Notes: generated by a model from the sequence alone, not told the origin. Shown: positions 10,603 through 23,924, numbered from the stretch's first letter. The stretch is DNA of 64,000 nt from Ginglymostoma cirratum (GCA_024137785.1 JAHRHZ010000002.1:5928008-5992007); one strand, 5' to 3'. A program made the numbers and translations.

Positions 10603-13387
10603 CTTTACCTAAATGCTCGTAGTATTCATAACAAAGTAGATGAATTAATGGCATAAATCATCTTGAACGATTCTGATGTGGTAGGCATCACGGAGACATG
10701 GTTGCAGGGGGTTCAGGACTGGCAGTTAAACATCCAAGGATTTACAACTTATCGAAAAGACAGGGAGGTGGGCAGAGGGGGTGGGGTTGCCTTGTTAGTT
10801 AAGAATGAAATCAAATCAATAGCACTGAATGACATAGGGTCAGATGATGTGGAGTCTGTGTGGGTGGAGATGAGGAACCACAAAGGCAAAAAAACCATAA
10901 TGGGAGTTATGTACAGACCTCCTAACAGTGGTCAGGACCAGGGGTACAAGATGCACCGGGAAATAGATAGGGCATGTCAGAAAGGCAAGGTCACGGTGAT
11001 CATGGGGGACTTCAATATGCAGGTGGACTGGGTGAATAATATTGCCGGTGGATCCAAAGAAGGGGAATTCATGGAATGCCTACAGGATGGCTTTTTGGAA
11101 CTGCTTGTGATGGAGCCCACAAGGGAGCAGGCTATTCTGGACTTAGTGCTATGTAATGAGCCAGACTTTATAAAAGACCCTAAAGTAAGGGAACACTTAG
11201 GAGGCAGCGATCATAATATGGTAGAGTTCAGCCTGCGGTTTGAAAGAGAGAAGGCAAAATCGGATGTAATGGTGTTACAGTTAAATAAAGGTAATTACAG
11301 GGGCATGAGAGAGGAACTGACGAAAATCGACTGGAAGCAGAGCCTGGCAGGGAAGACAGTAGAGCAACAATGGCAGGAGTTACTGGGTGTAATTGAGGAC
11401 ACAATACAGAGGTTCATCCCAAAGAAAAGAAAGATTATCCGGGGGAGGATTAGACAGCCATGGCTGACAAAGGAAGTCAGGAAATGTATCAAAGAAAAAG
11501 AGACAGCCTATATAGTGGCCAAGAGCACTGGGAAATCAGAAGATTGGGAAGGGTACAAGAACAAACAGAGGATAACAAAGAGAGAAATAAGGAAGGAGAG
11601 GATCAAATACGAAGGTAGGCTAGCCAGTAATATTAGAAATAATAGTAAAAGTTTCTTTCAATACTTAAGAAACAAACGAGAGGCAAAAGTAGACATTGGG
11701 CCGCTCCAAACTGATGCTGAAAGGCTAGTGATGGGAGATAAGGAAATAGCTGAAGAACTTAATAAGTATTTTGCGTCAGTCTTCACAGTGGAAGACATGA
11801 GTAATATCCCAACAATTAAGGAGAGTCAGGGGCAGAGTTGAGTATGGTAGGCATGACAAAAGAGAAAGTGCTAGAAAAGCTAAAAGGTCTAAAAATTGAT
11901 AAATCTCCTGGCCCGGATGGGGTGCATCCTAGAGTTCTGAGGGAGGTGGCTGAGGAAATAGCGGAGGCGTTCGTTGTGATCTTTCAAAAGTCACTGGAGT
12001 CAGGGGAAGTCCCAAAAGATTGGAAAATCACTGTTGTAACCCCCTTGTTTAAGAAAGGATCAAGACAAAAGATGGAAAATTATAGGCCGATTAGCCTAAC
12101 CTCGGTTGTTGGTAAAATTCTAGAGTCTATCGTTAAGGATGATATTTCTAAATTCTTGGAAGTGCAGTCAGATTAGAACAAGTCAGCATGGATTTAGTAA
12201 GGGGAGGTCGTGTCTGACAAACCTGTTAGAATTCTTTGAGGAGCTAACAAGTAGGTTAGACCAGGGAAACCAAGTGGATGTTATCTATCTAGACTTCCAA
12301 AAGGCCTTTGATAAGGTGCCTCACGGGAGGCTGCTGAGTAAGGTGAGGGCCCATGGTGTTCGAGGTGAGTTACTGGCATGGATTGAGGATTGGCTGTCTG
12401 ACAGAAGGCAGAGAGTTGGGATAAAAGGCTCTTTTTAGGAATGGCAACTGGTGACAAGTGGTGTCCCGCAGGGTTCAGTGTTGGGGCCACAGCTGTTCAC
12501 TTTATATATTAATGATCTGGATGAAGGGACTGGGGGCATTCTGGTGAAGTTTGCTGATGATACGAAGTTGGGTGGACAGGCAGGTAGTATGGAGGAGGTG
12601 GGGAGGCTGCAGAATGATTTAGACAGTTTAGGAGAATGGTCCAGGAAATGGCTGCTGAAATTCAACGTGAGCAAATGTGAGGTCTTGCACCTTGGAAAAA
12701 AGAATACAGGCCTGGACTATTTTCTGAACGGTGAGAAAATTCATAAAGCCGAAGTACAAAGGGATCTGGGAGTGATAGTACAGGATTCTCTAAAGGTTAA
12801 CTTGCAGGTTGAGTCTGTGATTAAGAAAGCGAATGGAATGTTGTCATTTATCTCAAGAGGGTTGGAATATAAAAGCAGCGATGTGCTTCTGAGACTATAA
12901 AGCTCTTGTTCGGCCCCATTTAGAATACTGTGTCCAATTTTGGGCCCCACACCTCAGGAAGGACATACTGGCACTGGAGCGTGTCCAGCGGAGATTCACA
13001 CGGATGATCCCTGGAATGGTAGGCCTAACATACGATGAACGGCTGAGGATCCTGGGATTGTATTCGTTAGAGTTTAAAAGGTTGAGGGGAGATCTAATAG
13101 AAACTTACAAGATAATGCATGGCTTAGAAAGGGTAGACGCTGGGAAGTTGTTTCCGTTAGGTGGGGATACTAGGACCCGTGGGCACAGCCTTAGAATTAG
13201 AGGGGGTCAATTTAGAACGTAAATGAGGAGACATTTCTTCAGCCAGAGAGTGGTGGGCCTGTGGAATTCATTGCCACGGAGCGCAGTGGAGGCCGGGACG
13301 TTGAATGTCTTCAAGGCAGAGATTGACAAATTCTTGATCTCGCTAGGAATCAAGGGCTACGGGGAGAGTGCGGGTAAGTGGAGTTGA
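10603..13387 (+). pseudogene. CR1 ORF2 (AP endonuclease + reverse transcriptase), disrupted
   Basis: LYLNARSI, GITETW, YRPP, MGDFN, SDHN, YRPISLTS, QHGF, DFQKAFDKVPH, GVPQGSVLGP, KFADDTK. Stops at 10654 and 13220; frameshifts near 11835, 12168, 12437 and 12900. Confidence 0.9.
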
Positions 13388-14099
13388 AATGCCCATCAGC
13401 CATGATTAAATGGCGGAGTGGACTCGATGGGCCGAATGGCCTTACTTCCACTCCTATGTCTTATGATCTTATGGTCTTATGGTAATTGAAAGTGGTGGAT
13501 TAAAACAATAAAGAACAACAAGAATAAACAGGGAATAGAGAGAAAGAGACAATGACAAATAGAGGGGGAACAGTCAGTCCCTGTGAAGTATGGGGGCAAG
13601 TCACAGAATAGTCCTTTGTCTGCAACAAAAATAATACTAATGAGCTTGGTCCCGTGTCCCTCATCTTTTTGAAATTTTGTGCAGTTGTCCAGCTTGTTTT
13701 TACCTTCTGTTTGTATCTAACAGATTAGCTTCTGATGGTTAATGCATAACTGAAACAGGGACAATGGGCCATTATCTTTCTGGTTTATCGTTGGCTTTCT
13801 GTCCTGTTGTGATTCTCCACGTACTGCCTGTCTGCACTCAGTGCTCAGGTTTAAATAGGCAGAATTATTCCTTACCACAACTTCAGAGGATGGGAAGATG
13901 GAAGCAGAAAGAGAAATTCAGTTTTTTTACTCAATAAGTTGAATTCAGTTGTTTGTGGTTTTACTTTATTAAACGCATTGCAATACAACCGGTTCAATCC
14001 AGAGAAATTATTTAAGTTAACACTTGCCAGGTTTGGGGTTGTGGAAAGGTCACATTACAGCCAACACAAAATTAGAAACTGTGGGTTGAAGGTTTCACA

Positions 14100-14445
14100 A
14101 ACCATGGATCGCTGCAAGCGATCCCACAAGCAAAGGATCAGATCTAAGTTCTGTAGTCCTGCCATGTTCAGTTATGAATAGTGGTGGGCAATTAAAGAAC
14201 TCGCTGGATGAGGAGGATCTAGAAATATTCCCATTCTCAATGAAGGAGGAGCCCAGCACATCAGTGCAAAATATAAGGTTGAAGCATTTGCAACAATCAT
14301 CAACTAAAAGTGTAGAATATATGATCCAACTCAGACACCCCAGCCTCACGGTTACCAGTCCAGCCAATGTGATTCACTCCATGTGATTTCAAAAAAATGG
14401 TTGGAGACATTGGATACGACAAAGGCTACAAACCCTGATAATATA
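14100..14445 (+). mobile_element. Old CR1-like LINE fragment
   Basis: aaatattcccattctcaatgaaggaggagcccagcacatcagtgc; similar to 21540-22215 and to the reverse complement of 39300-39500. Confidence 0.55.
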
Positions 14446-14539
14446 AACACAAGATAGAGAATTGATTGGATAAAACTCATTAAAATTATGTGGGCGGTTT
14501 AAAAGATTTATTATCTAAATCTAATTTTTCACTTTTGGA

Positions 14540-15642
14540 AGTGAGGTTGTTGACTTGCTCGCTGAGCTGGCTTGTTCTCGTTCAGACATTTTGTCACCAT
14601 GCTAGGTGACATCATCAGTGGAATCTCCAACGAAGCAATGTTATTCTACTTTGCTTGGAAGTTATACTGTCTGGTCCGTTACGGTGAGTTGTGTCATTTC
14701 CGGTTTTGATCTGTATGGGTTTGTATATGGGGTCCAATTCTATATGTTTGTTGATTGCATTACGGTGGAGAACCATGCATCTCGGAATTCCTGTGCGTGT
14801 CTATGTTTGGCTTGGGCTGCCTTGTCTCAGGTAAACTGATGGCCTTCATTTTCTGAGTGTACCAATATTAAGGAGAGTTCATTGTGCCGTTTTGCTACTA
14901 GTTGATGTTCATGTATTCTGATGGCTAGTTTCCTTCCTGTCTGTCCAATGTACTCATTGCAGGGTATTTTGTAAACCATGCTGGTTCTGCATGTTGTGGG
15001 AATGATATCTTTAATCCTTGTAAGTGTTTATCGTAGAGTGGCTGTGGGCTTGTGGGCCACCGTGATTTCCAGTGGTCTTAGGAGTCGTGTTGTCATATGT
15101 TCTTGATGTAGGGCAGTGTGGCCAGTGTGTTAGGGCGTACTGTGTCCTCCTGTTGTTGTCTATTTAGTAGGCATCTGCAGATGAAGTTATGGGGATATCT
15201 GTTTATAGCAAGGATTTTGTACAGGTGTTCTTCCTCTTTCCTGCGTAGTTCTGGAGTATTGCAGTGTGTCCTGGCCTGTTTAAATAGTGTCCAAACGCAG
15301 CTTTGTGGACATTGGTACGGTTGCTGTGAAAGTTGAGAATTTGATCAGTATGGGTTGTTTTTCTGTATACTGAGGTTTGGAAATCCCCGTTGGTCATACG
15401 CTCAACTTTAACATCCAGAAACGGAAGTTGATTGTTGTTCTTTTCTTACCTTGTGAATTTAATCCCTGCAAATACGCTGTTGATGGGGTGGGGTGGGTCT
15501 CTTCTAATTTGTTGCATTTAATAATGACAAATGCGTCGTCTATGTACCGGATCCACAGTTTAGGTTGAACGCAGGGGAGGGTGGTGTGTTCTAGCTTTTG
15601 AATGACTGCTTCTGCAATGAGTCCTGAGATGGGTGACCCCAC
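14540..15642 (-). mobile_element. Penelope-like element (family B), inverted arm with RT C-terminus, GIY-YIG and terminal repeat
   Basis: MGSPISGLIAEAVIQKLE...WIRYIDDAF; TSVYRKTTHTDQILNFHS; reverse complement of 15645-16670. Confidence 0.85.
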
Positions 15643-15644
15643 AA

Positions 15645-16675
15645 GAGTACACCAATGGGGTCATCCATCCCAGGACTCATTGCAGAAGCAGTCATGTAAA
15701 GACTAGAACACACCACCTTCCCCTGCGTTCAACCTAAACTGTGGATCTGGTATGTAGATGACACATCTGTCATTACTAAACGCAACAAATTAGAAAATCC
15801 TCAACTTCCACAGAAATCACCTCAATGTCCATAAACAAAGCTGCATTTGGACACTATTTAATTGGCCAGGACACACTACAATACTCCGGAACTATGCAGG
15901 AAAGAGGAAGAACATCTGTACAAAATCCTTGCTATAAACAGATATCCCTGTAACTTCATCTGCAGATGCCTACTAAACAGACAACAACAGGAGGACACAG
16001 TACGCCCTAACACACTGGCCACACTGCCCTACATCAAGAACATATCGGAACTGACAACAAGACTCCTAAGACCAATAGGAATCATGGTGGCCCACAAGCC
16101 CACAGCCACTCAACACACTCAACATTGACAACACGTACAAGGATTAAAGATATCATTCCCACAACACGCAGACCCAGTGTGGTTTACAAAATACCATGCT
16201 ACGACTGCCATAAACATTACATCAGACAGACAGGAAGGAAACTAGCCATCAGAATACATAAACATCAACTAGCAGCAAAATGGCACAACAAATTCTCCTC
16301 AATATCGGTACACTCAGACAATGAAGGCCATCAGTTTAACTGGGACAAGGTAGCCTTGGTAGCCCAAGCCAAATATAGACACACACGGGAATTCCTACAG
16401 GCATGGTTCTCCACCTGTAATGAAGTCAACAAACATATAGAATTGGACCCCATATACAAACCCATACAGATCAAAACCGGAAATGACACAACTCACCGTA
16501 ACGGACCAGACAGTATGAATTTCAAGCGGAATAGAACAACATCACTTCATTGGAGGCTGCACTGATGATGTCACCTAGCATGGTGACGAAACATCTGAAT
16601 GAGAACTAGCCAGCTCAGTGAGCAAGTCAGCAACCTCACCCACAACTTGAGCTATAGGTCTTTGCCAAATCTTTA
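15645..16675 (+). mobile_element. Penelope-like element (family B), direct arm
   Basis: GIY-YIG VVYKIPCYDCHKHYIRQTGRKLAIRIHKH; hammerhead core at 16562-16595. Confidence 0.85.
16562..16595 (+). ncRNA. Minimal hammerhead ribozyme motif (Penelope family B)
   Basis: CTGATGA-T-GTCACC-TAGCAT-GGTGAC-GAAAC-ATC; perfect 6-bp stem II. Confidence 0.7.
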
Positions 16676-17084
16676 AACGTTTGCAAGTCACTAATAAGTC
16701 CACATAGGAATTTAAGTGAAATATCTTTACTCAGAAAGGTCATGAGAATGTAGAATTGGTTTCCAAAAGGAGTGTTTGAGATAAATAGGATAGGTTACAT
16801 TTACACATCTCATCAAAAGTGTTGTGATGCATGTCAGGGATTTTCTAACCCAGAGATATTGATACTATTACTGTTTCACAAGACAGCAACAAATTGAGGA
16901 TTTAGAGATAATAATATTGTTAATTCTCAAGGAGAGGTTGAAACTGATTATTTCCTGTCAGTGTGCAGTGTGAATATTCCTTGAGAACTGTTAGCTTCAG
17001 CCTGAATTTTGTCTAGTTCACAGGACACAGAAGCTTCAGTATTTGATGTATTGTGAATGGTGCTTTGCAGTGATCAGCAAGCAG

Positions 17085-17445
17085 GGCAGCACAATGGTTC
17101 AGTGGTTAGCAATACTGCTTCACAGCTCCAGGAAACCAGGCTGGATTCCAGACTTAGGTGACATTCTGTGAGTTTGCATGTTGTCCCCATGTCTGTGTGG
17201 GTTTCTGCTGAGTAATCCAGTTTCCTCCCATAGTCCAAAGAAGTGCAGGTTAGGTGGATTGACCATGCTAAAAAAAATTGCACATACTGTCCAGGGATGT
17301 GCAAGCTAAGTGGATTACCCAAGGTAAATATAGGGTTACAGGGATAAGATTGGGTATTTGGTTTGGGCAGAATGCTCTTTGGACCATCGATACAGACTTG
17401 ATTGGCCAAATGCCCTCTTCTGCACTGTCATGATTCTATGATTCC
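17085..17445 (+). mobile_element. HE1-like SINE
   Basis: gcagcacaatggttcagtggttagcaatactgc head; gattctatgatt tail. Confidence 0.8.
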
Positions 17446-17679
17446 CCTCTTCATCCATTGTGATGGAAGGAAGTTAATTCATAAAGCAGGTAAAAATGAT
17501 TTGGACTAGGGCACTTCTCTCAGAACCTGCTGGTGCTGAGATATTTTGCCTCCAACATTCACAACCATCACATTCCTCATATTCGCTATCACTCCAGCCA
17601 GTGAAGAGTTTTACTCATGCATCCTAGTGACTTGGATCCTGTGAGTGTCGCTTCATGCTCCTCGGTGCTGCTTTAAGGA

Positions 17680-19523
17680 AGACTAAGGAAGAGGGACTTG
17701 ACGGATGTTGAGTTTAGGGATAGATGTTTGATTACTCTAGGTCAAGTCGGCATAAGGAGGGGGGAAATGTTGGGTATTCTAAAAGGCATTAGGGTGGACA
17801 AGTCCCCAGGTCCAGATGGGATCTATCCCAGGTTACTGAGGGAAATGAGAGAGGAAATAGCTGGGACCTTAACAGATATTTTTGCAGCGTCCTTGAGCAT
17901 GAGTGAGGTACCGGAGGACTGGAGAATTGCTAATGTTGTCCCCTTGTTTAAGAAGGGTAGCAAGGATAATCCAGGTAATTATAGACCAGTGGGCCTGACG
18001 TCAGTGGTGGGGAAGCTGCTGGAGAAAATACTGAGGGATAGGATCTATTTACATTTGGAAGAAAATGGGCTTACTAGTGATAGGCAGCATGGGTTTGTGC
18101 AGGGAAGGTCATGTCTTACCAACTTGATAGAATTCTTTGAGGAAGTGACAAAGTTGATAGGTGAGGGAAGGGCTGTGGATGTCATATACATGGACTTCAG
18201 TAAGGCGTTTGATAAGGTTCCTCATGGTAGGCTGATGGAGAAAGTGAAGTTGCATGGGATCCAGGGTGTACTAGCCAGATGGATAGAGAACTGGCTGGGC
18301 AACAGGAGACAGAGAGTTGTAGTTGAAGGGAGTTTCTCAAAATGGAGAACTGTGACCAGTGGTGTTCCACAGGGATCCATGATGGGACCACTGTTGTTTG
18401 TGATTTACATAAATGATCTGGAGGAAGGTATAGATGGTCTGATTAGCAAGTTTGCAGATGACATTAAGATTGGTGGAGTAGCAGATAGTGAAGGGAACTG
18501 TCGGAGAATGCAGCAGAATATAGATAGATTGGAGAATTGGGCGAAGAAATGACAGATGGAGTTCAACCCAGGCAAATGAGAGGTGATGCATTTTGGAAGA
18601 TCCAATTCAAGAGCGAACTATACGGTAAATGGAAAAGCCCCGGGGAAAATTGATGCACAGAGAGATCTGGGTGTTTAGGTCCATTGTACCCTGAAGGTGG
18701 CAACGCAGGTCGATAGAGTGGTCAAGAATGCATACGGCATGCTTTCATTCATTGGATGGGGTATTGAGTACAAGAGTTGGCAGGTCATGTTACAGTTGTA
18801 CAGGACTTTGGTTCAAACATATTTGGAATCCTGCGTACAGTTCTGGTTGCCACATTACCAAAAGGATGTGGATGCTTTGAAGAGGGTGCGGAGGAGGTTC
18901 ACCAGGATGTTGCCTGGTATAGAGGGCGCTAGCTGAAGACAGAACAAAGAACAAAGAAAATTACAGCACAGGAACAGGCCCTTCGGCCCTCCAAGCCTGC
19001 GCCGATCCAAATCCTCTATCTAAACCTGTCGCCTATTTTCCAAGGATCTGTATCCCTCTGCTCCATGCCCATTCATGTATCCGTCTAGAGGTTGAGTAGG
19101 TTAGGATTATTTACATTAGAAAGACAAAGGTTGAGGGGGGACCTGATTGAGGTCTACAAAATCATGAGAGGTATAGACAGGGTGGATAGCAAGAAGCTTT
19201 TTCCCAGAGTGGGGGATTCAATTACTAGGGGTCACGATTTCAAGGTAAGAGGGGAAAAGTTTAAGGGAGATATGCATGGAAAGTTCTTTACGTAGAGGGT
19301 GGTGGGTGCCTGGAATGTGTTGCCAGCGGAGGTGGTAGAGGCGGGCATGATAGCATAATTTAAAATGTATCTAGACAGATACATGAATGGGCAGGGCGCA
19401 GAGGGATACAGATCCTCGGAAAATAGGCGACAGGTTTAGATAGGGGATCTGGATCGGCGCAGGCTTGGAGGGGCGAAGGGCCTGTTCCTGTGCTGTAATT
19501 TTCTTCGTTCTTTGTTCTTGTTC
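17680..19523 (+). mobile_element. 5'-truncated CR1 LINE (RT region and 3'UTR) containing an inverted copy of its own family's 3' tail
   Basis: ORF 17698-18552: YRPVGLTS, DFSKAFDKVPH, KFADDIK. Tail (tttgttc)n at ~19505-19523; 18941-19088 is the reverse complement of ~19371-19517. Confidence 0.9.
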
Positions 19524-21539
19524 AGTGGAAACACAAACAGTGTCAGTGAGCGGATGAATCTGAGTTGGGTGATTGGACTTTCAATGACATATTCAATGAC
19601 TTTTTTGGTGAGCAAGGAATTAGCCACATTGACATTTTCCTGCATTTCCTGCACAGGAGAAGCCGAGATAATTCTCCAATTATTTGGAGGTTCAGAAACC
19701 AAATTAACTTGCCATGCAAGTGCACCTGGAAACATGGATGTCCATATCACTAAAAAGTAATAATGCAACCTGAAGTCGACATGAGGTACTAAAAGAAATA
19801 TTATTTCTGAGTTGTAGACTGTCTTTACATGACAGAACATATTGAAATACAGGGGAAAGTACAGAAAATATTTGCAAGGTAATTATTAGATTGGAAGAAT
19901 GCAACATTGGGAGAAATTGGGCAGCTATTGGATGTTTCTTGTTGCTACTTGACAGGTCAGGTAAAGAATTTTCAAGGTATTTTGCTATGCACAGTGTAGT
20001 GGGAATATGGAAATCACTAGTACATGGAGTAATTGAAGAATATCTTCTTCTTCATAATTTGGTTCTGACTAACCATCCAGCCAACTGAGACAAACAACCT
20101 CCTCAAGGCATCTGAGTTACTGTGGCAATACACTGCAAAAACTTTTTTTGTCATTTTGTAGCCTGGAGCTATGGATAGTGATGGTAGAGGCTTCCATTTC
20201 TCTCCACCACATGGCCAACAAGGAATGTTTCCCATTCTTCTTACCTGCTTTTGGGATATGTTACCAGGATATTCAGGTTAATACTCATAGTGAATGCACC
20301 TTCATTGATCATTGGGTTTTGGAATGGGCCTTAAACATAGAGTTTTTGGCTGAGAGGCAGGACACTACCTATCGTGCCATTAAAACACCTTAAAGCATAT
20401 ATTGCCATTCTAACATACATAAACATGAGGTTACTGCATATCAAAGGGAGAAGGGAACAGAGGAATGTTGGATAGTGTGGATGAATAAGTAGATTGGAAC
20501 AGCGTCTATATGACATATGGATAACATCATAGTTCAGTTAGTTCAATAGTCCATTCCTATGGTGGAGACTTTATGTGATATCTGCTGATCTATAATTGGT
20601 TCTGACAAGACGGACATAGAAATTTAGATCCGTCCTACAATATATATAGAATGAATAACTCTAGTCACTTTATGTCACTGTTGTTTCTCTCCAATGGAAA
20701 TTCACAAAACAGCTTAAGTTAATCATGGTAGCAATTGCCATGTTTAGTTGGAACTGGAAACTTATGGGTAAACTGTAACTGCACAAGTTTAATGAATACA
20801 ATGTAAATTGACTTAGAGGAAGTGAGAATAGAGAGAGGAAGAATCTCGTGAATTCCAGTGGTTCAGTCACTACTCAAAACCAACGTGTCTTCCATTTGTT
20901 GAACCATATCAGAATACAGTGATTTTCTAATAGTCAATATGGAGAAAAGGCCACAGTTTCCAATGGGGGCATCTCTCTATTTCTTGGAAAGTTAGACAAG
21001 TCAGCTGCACTATCTGATTTAAAAAGAGGTAATCGATTGCTGTGAGAAACATTAGCAACCCAGTCTGGTTTTTACACTTTCTCTTGGACTTCCTTTTTCA
21101 GTACTTGGATATTAACATTCTTGTCATGACTCAGTTAGGAAAAATGTGCTGACAATTGAGTTTCATAATTCAGCTGATTTTCTCTCCTACTGCATTTCCT
21201 CATCCACTGTCTGTGCACTTGTGGTCAGGTTTGGACAGACAGAACTGCTGGCAACAGTTTTGGAGGGAGGCAAGATGGGGACAGAACTAGCAATTCAATT
21301 TTTAATCAATAGATTGAACTCACAACCTTTTGTGGTTTTACAGTATTAACAAATTGTAATATTAAGTACAACAGGTCTCTTTGAAAGAAATTATGTTACA
21401 TAAACACTTTGGAAATAGAGTTGTAGAGTCGTGGAAAGGTCACATTATAGCGGACACAAAATGAAATACTGTGTTCCTGAAATACTGCAGTTCCTACTAT
21501 CTCAGAAGATGAAATACTGTGGGTTGAAGGTTTCACAGG

Positions 21540-22215
21540 CCATGCTGATGCTTACATCCGTGGTTTCACAATCAACAAATCAGAGTGAAACTCTGCTGTC
21601 CTGCTACATCTATTTGCGGAACGGTTTTGAATGATGGTGAACAATTAAACAACTCACTGGAAGAGGTTTATCCAAAAATATTCCCATTCTCAATGATGGG
21701 GCAGCCGACTACATCAGTGCATGTGGTAAGCCTGAAGCAAAATCCTTCAGCCAGAAGTGCCAAATGGATGATCCATCTCAGCTTCTTCCAAACGTCTAGA
21801 GCATCACAGATGACAGTCTTCACCAAATTTGATTGAGTCCACATAATGTCAAGAACAGCTGCAGACACTGGATACTGTAAATGATTTGGGTTCTCACAAC
21901 TTTCCAGCAAAAATATTGAAAACTTGTGCTCCAGAACATGCAGCACTCCTAACCAAACTGTTCCCATTTAGCTACAATATTGGCATCTACCTGACAATGT
22001 GGAAAATTGCCCAAGCGTGTCTTGCATATGAAAAGCCGGACAAATCCCACTCAGCCAATTACTTCCTCTGTCAGACTCCTCTTGACCACCAGTAAAGTGA
22101 TAGAAGGTTTCATCAACAGTGCTATCAAGTAACATTTGCTTAGTAATAACCTGTTCATTGACAACCAATTTGGGTCTAGCCGGGCCACACAGCTACTGAT
22201 CTTATTTCAGCATAA
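21540..22215 (+). mobile_element. Old CR1-like LINE fragment
   Basis: KTCAPEHAALLTKLFPFSYNIGIYLTMWKIAQ...DKSHSANY, the pre-RT region. Confidence 0.7.
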
Positions 22216-22719
22216 TTTCAATTTTGCTGTATAATTTCGAGGGAAAAAAGGGGTTAAGTTTTCTTTTACTGAGCTCTGATTTACTTTATTCATATTTCCT
22301 GTATTCACGTAGTGTTTACCAACAGTTTTGTAGTTAAAGCTACAAATAGATCCATGGTATTCTCATTCTGAGCTTCATTTTTGGACTCAGTCTTATAAAT
22401 ACCAATGTATCAAATGAGCTTCGTTCACAACTACAGCAATCTGAATGAAGTTGTCTCACTCTATTACAATTGGAATACTTTAGCATTCGATTTCATCTTC
22501 ACTTTCAGCACCTTCCTCTCTAGTCTGAGGAAAACATTTTGAGGCTTTCCCACTTCACCCTTCTTCACCCTTGCTACTTCCCTCCCTTTATTTTAACACC
22601 TTGCATTCTTCTTGAGTTTATAGCACTCATGGTAAAAAGTATTTACTTTTATGGGTCAGCTCATAGTCATCAGCCTATATCTGCTGCATGTCTAATCGCT
22701 GTAAATCTCTTGTCAACGT

Positions 22720-23070
22720 GGAGTCATAAAGTTGTACAGCATAGAAGCAGATTTTTTGATCCAACTTGTCCATGCTGACCAGATGTGGTAAATTAATCTA
22801 GTTCCATTTTCCAGCATTTGACCCATATCCCTCTAAACCCTTCTTATTAATGTACTCATCCAGATACCTTTTCAATTTGTATTTTTATCAGCATCCACCA
22901 CTTCCTCTGGCACCAATCTCTCATGAAAACATTGTCATTTTTACGTCCCTTTTAAACCCTTCCCCTCTCAATTTCAATCTATGCCCTTTAGTTTTGGACT
23001 CCCCTACCATGGGAAAAAGACCTTGGCTATTCACCCTATCCATGCCTCTCTGATTTTATAAACCTCTCAG
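22720..23070 (-). mobile_element. CR1 3' fragment
   Basis: Reverse-complement CR1 3' end (ctatcatgcctctctgattttataaacctct; cccatatccctctaaacc). Confidence 0.7.
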
Positions 23071-23119
23071 CCTGGATATGGGCCAGGAGCAGGCGGGTGG
23101 CACTAGTTTGGGATTTGGC

Positions 23120-23740
23120 CAGTTGCTTATTTTTCTTTTTGTTCTCAAATGACAAAAAGAATGATTCAACATCCTGTTTTGCTGCAATTTTAGGTACGGT
23201 CTGTATAAATTTAAATAATTCCTCACTGGACTTTTCATTGTGATGGATCTTCTTCAAAGCTGTAATGACATCCAAAGTCTTTTTTTTGGGATGCATTCTC
23301 CTAAGCTGGTATTCTTTTCTCAGTTTCCTCTCTTTATCCTTTTTTTCCCTTTCCTAAATCTCTACTTCCATCATATTAAATGTTCTATTCATCTTTCTCC
23401 TCTCTCTGAATTTCAAACCCGTTAAATTTCATTTTCAACTGTATTTCAATCTTTCAAATTCTTTCTTATGTTCAAGTTCTTTTCATTCTTTCTCATGTTT
23501 AAGCTGCTTTAACTGAAGTTGAATTCTAATTAAAGTGATTCGTTGCATTAAGTTCCTCTTGCATTTCTACCAAGCCTAGATGCTTTGCCAATATTTCAAT
23601 TACTTTACCTTCTTAGCTCTGGGAAGCAATTCTACATCTAATTATTTGCAAATTACATCAGCTTTGTTTTTGTTAAATCCTTTAAATCCATCATGGATAC
23701 CACATCCAACTACATGATGGCAGCTGCTAATGCCATCTTA
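23120..23740 (-). mobile_element. Gypsy-type LTR retrotransposon gag relic
   Basis: Minus-strand ELFKFIQTVPKIAAKQDVESFFLSFENK, preceded by a K/E-rich coiled-coil-like stretch; multiple stops. Confidence 0.45.
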
Positions 23741-23924
23741 TTTTAAAGTATGAGAAATCTTGTACCTGTCCTTTTATCACATACTAATTATCCTAACTAC
23801 ACATCTAATCTGTTGTCTTCAATCAAAGGTTTATGAACCAGAGCCGTCAGAGTTTCATCATGACTCAAATGGAAAGAATGTGCCATTAATGGAGCCCCAT
23901 TACTCCACAAGGAATCATAAATCA

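Larger units (their letters stand above)
8985..13483 (+). mobile_element. Near-full-length CR1 LINE (5'UTR, ORF1, disrupted ORF2, 3' tail)
   Basis: ORF1 9479-10423; ORF2 ~10600-13387 with APE and RT motifs; 3' tail cttatgatcttatggtcttatgg. Confidence 0.92.

Noticed and set aside
17625-17675. Minus-strand KR-HSQ, resembling a glucagon-family cleavage site and start
   Set aside because: The following residues (DPSH*) do not match GTFTS and run into an old CR1; treated as chance.
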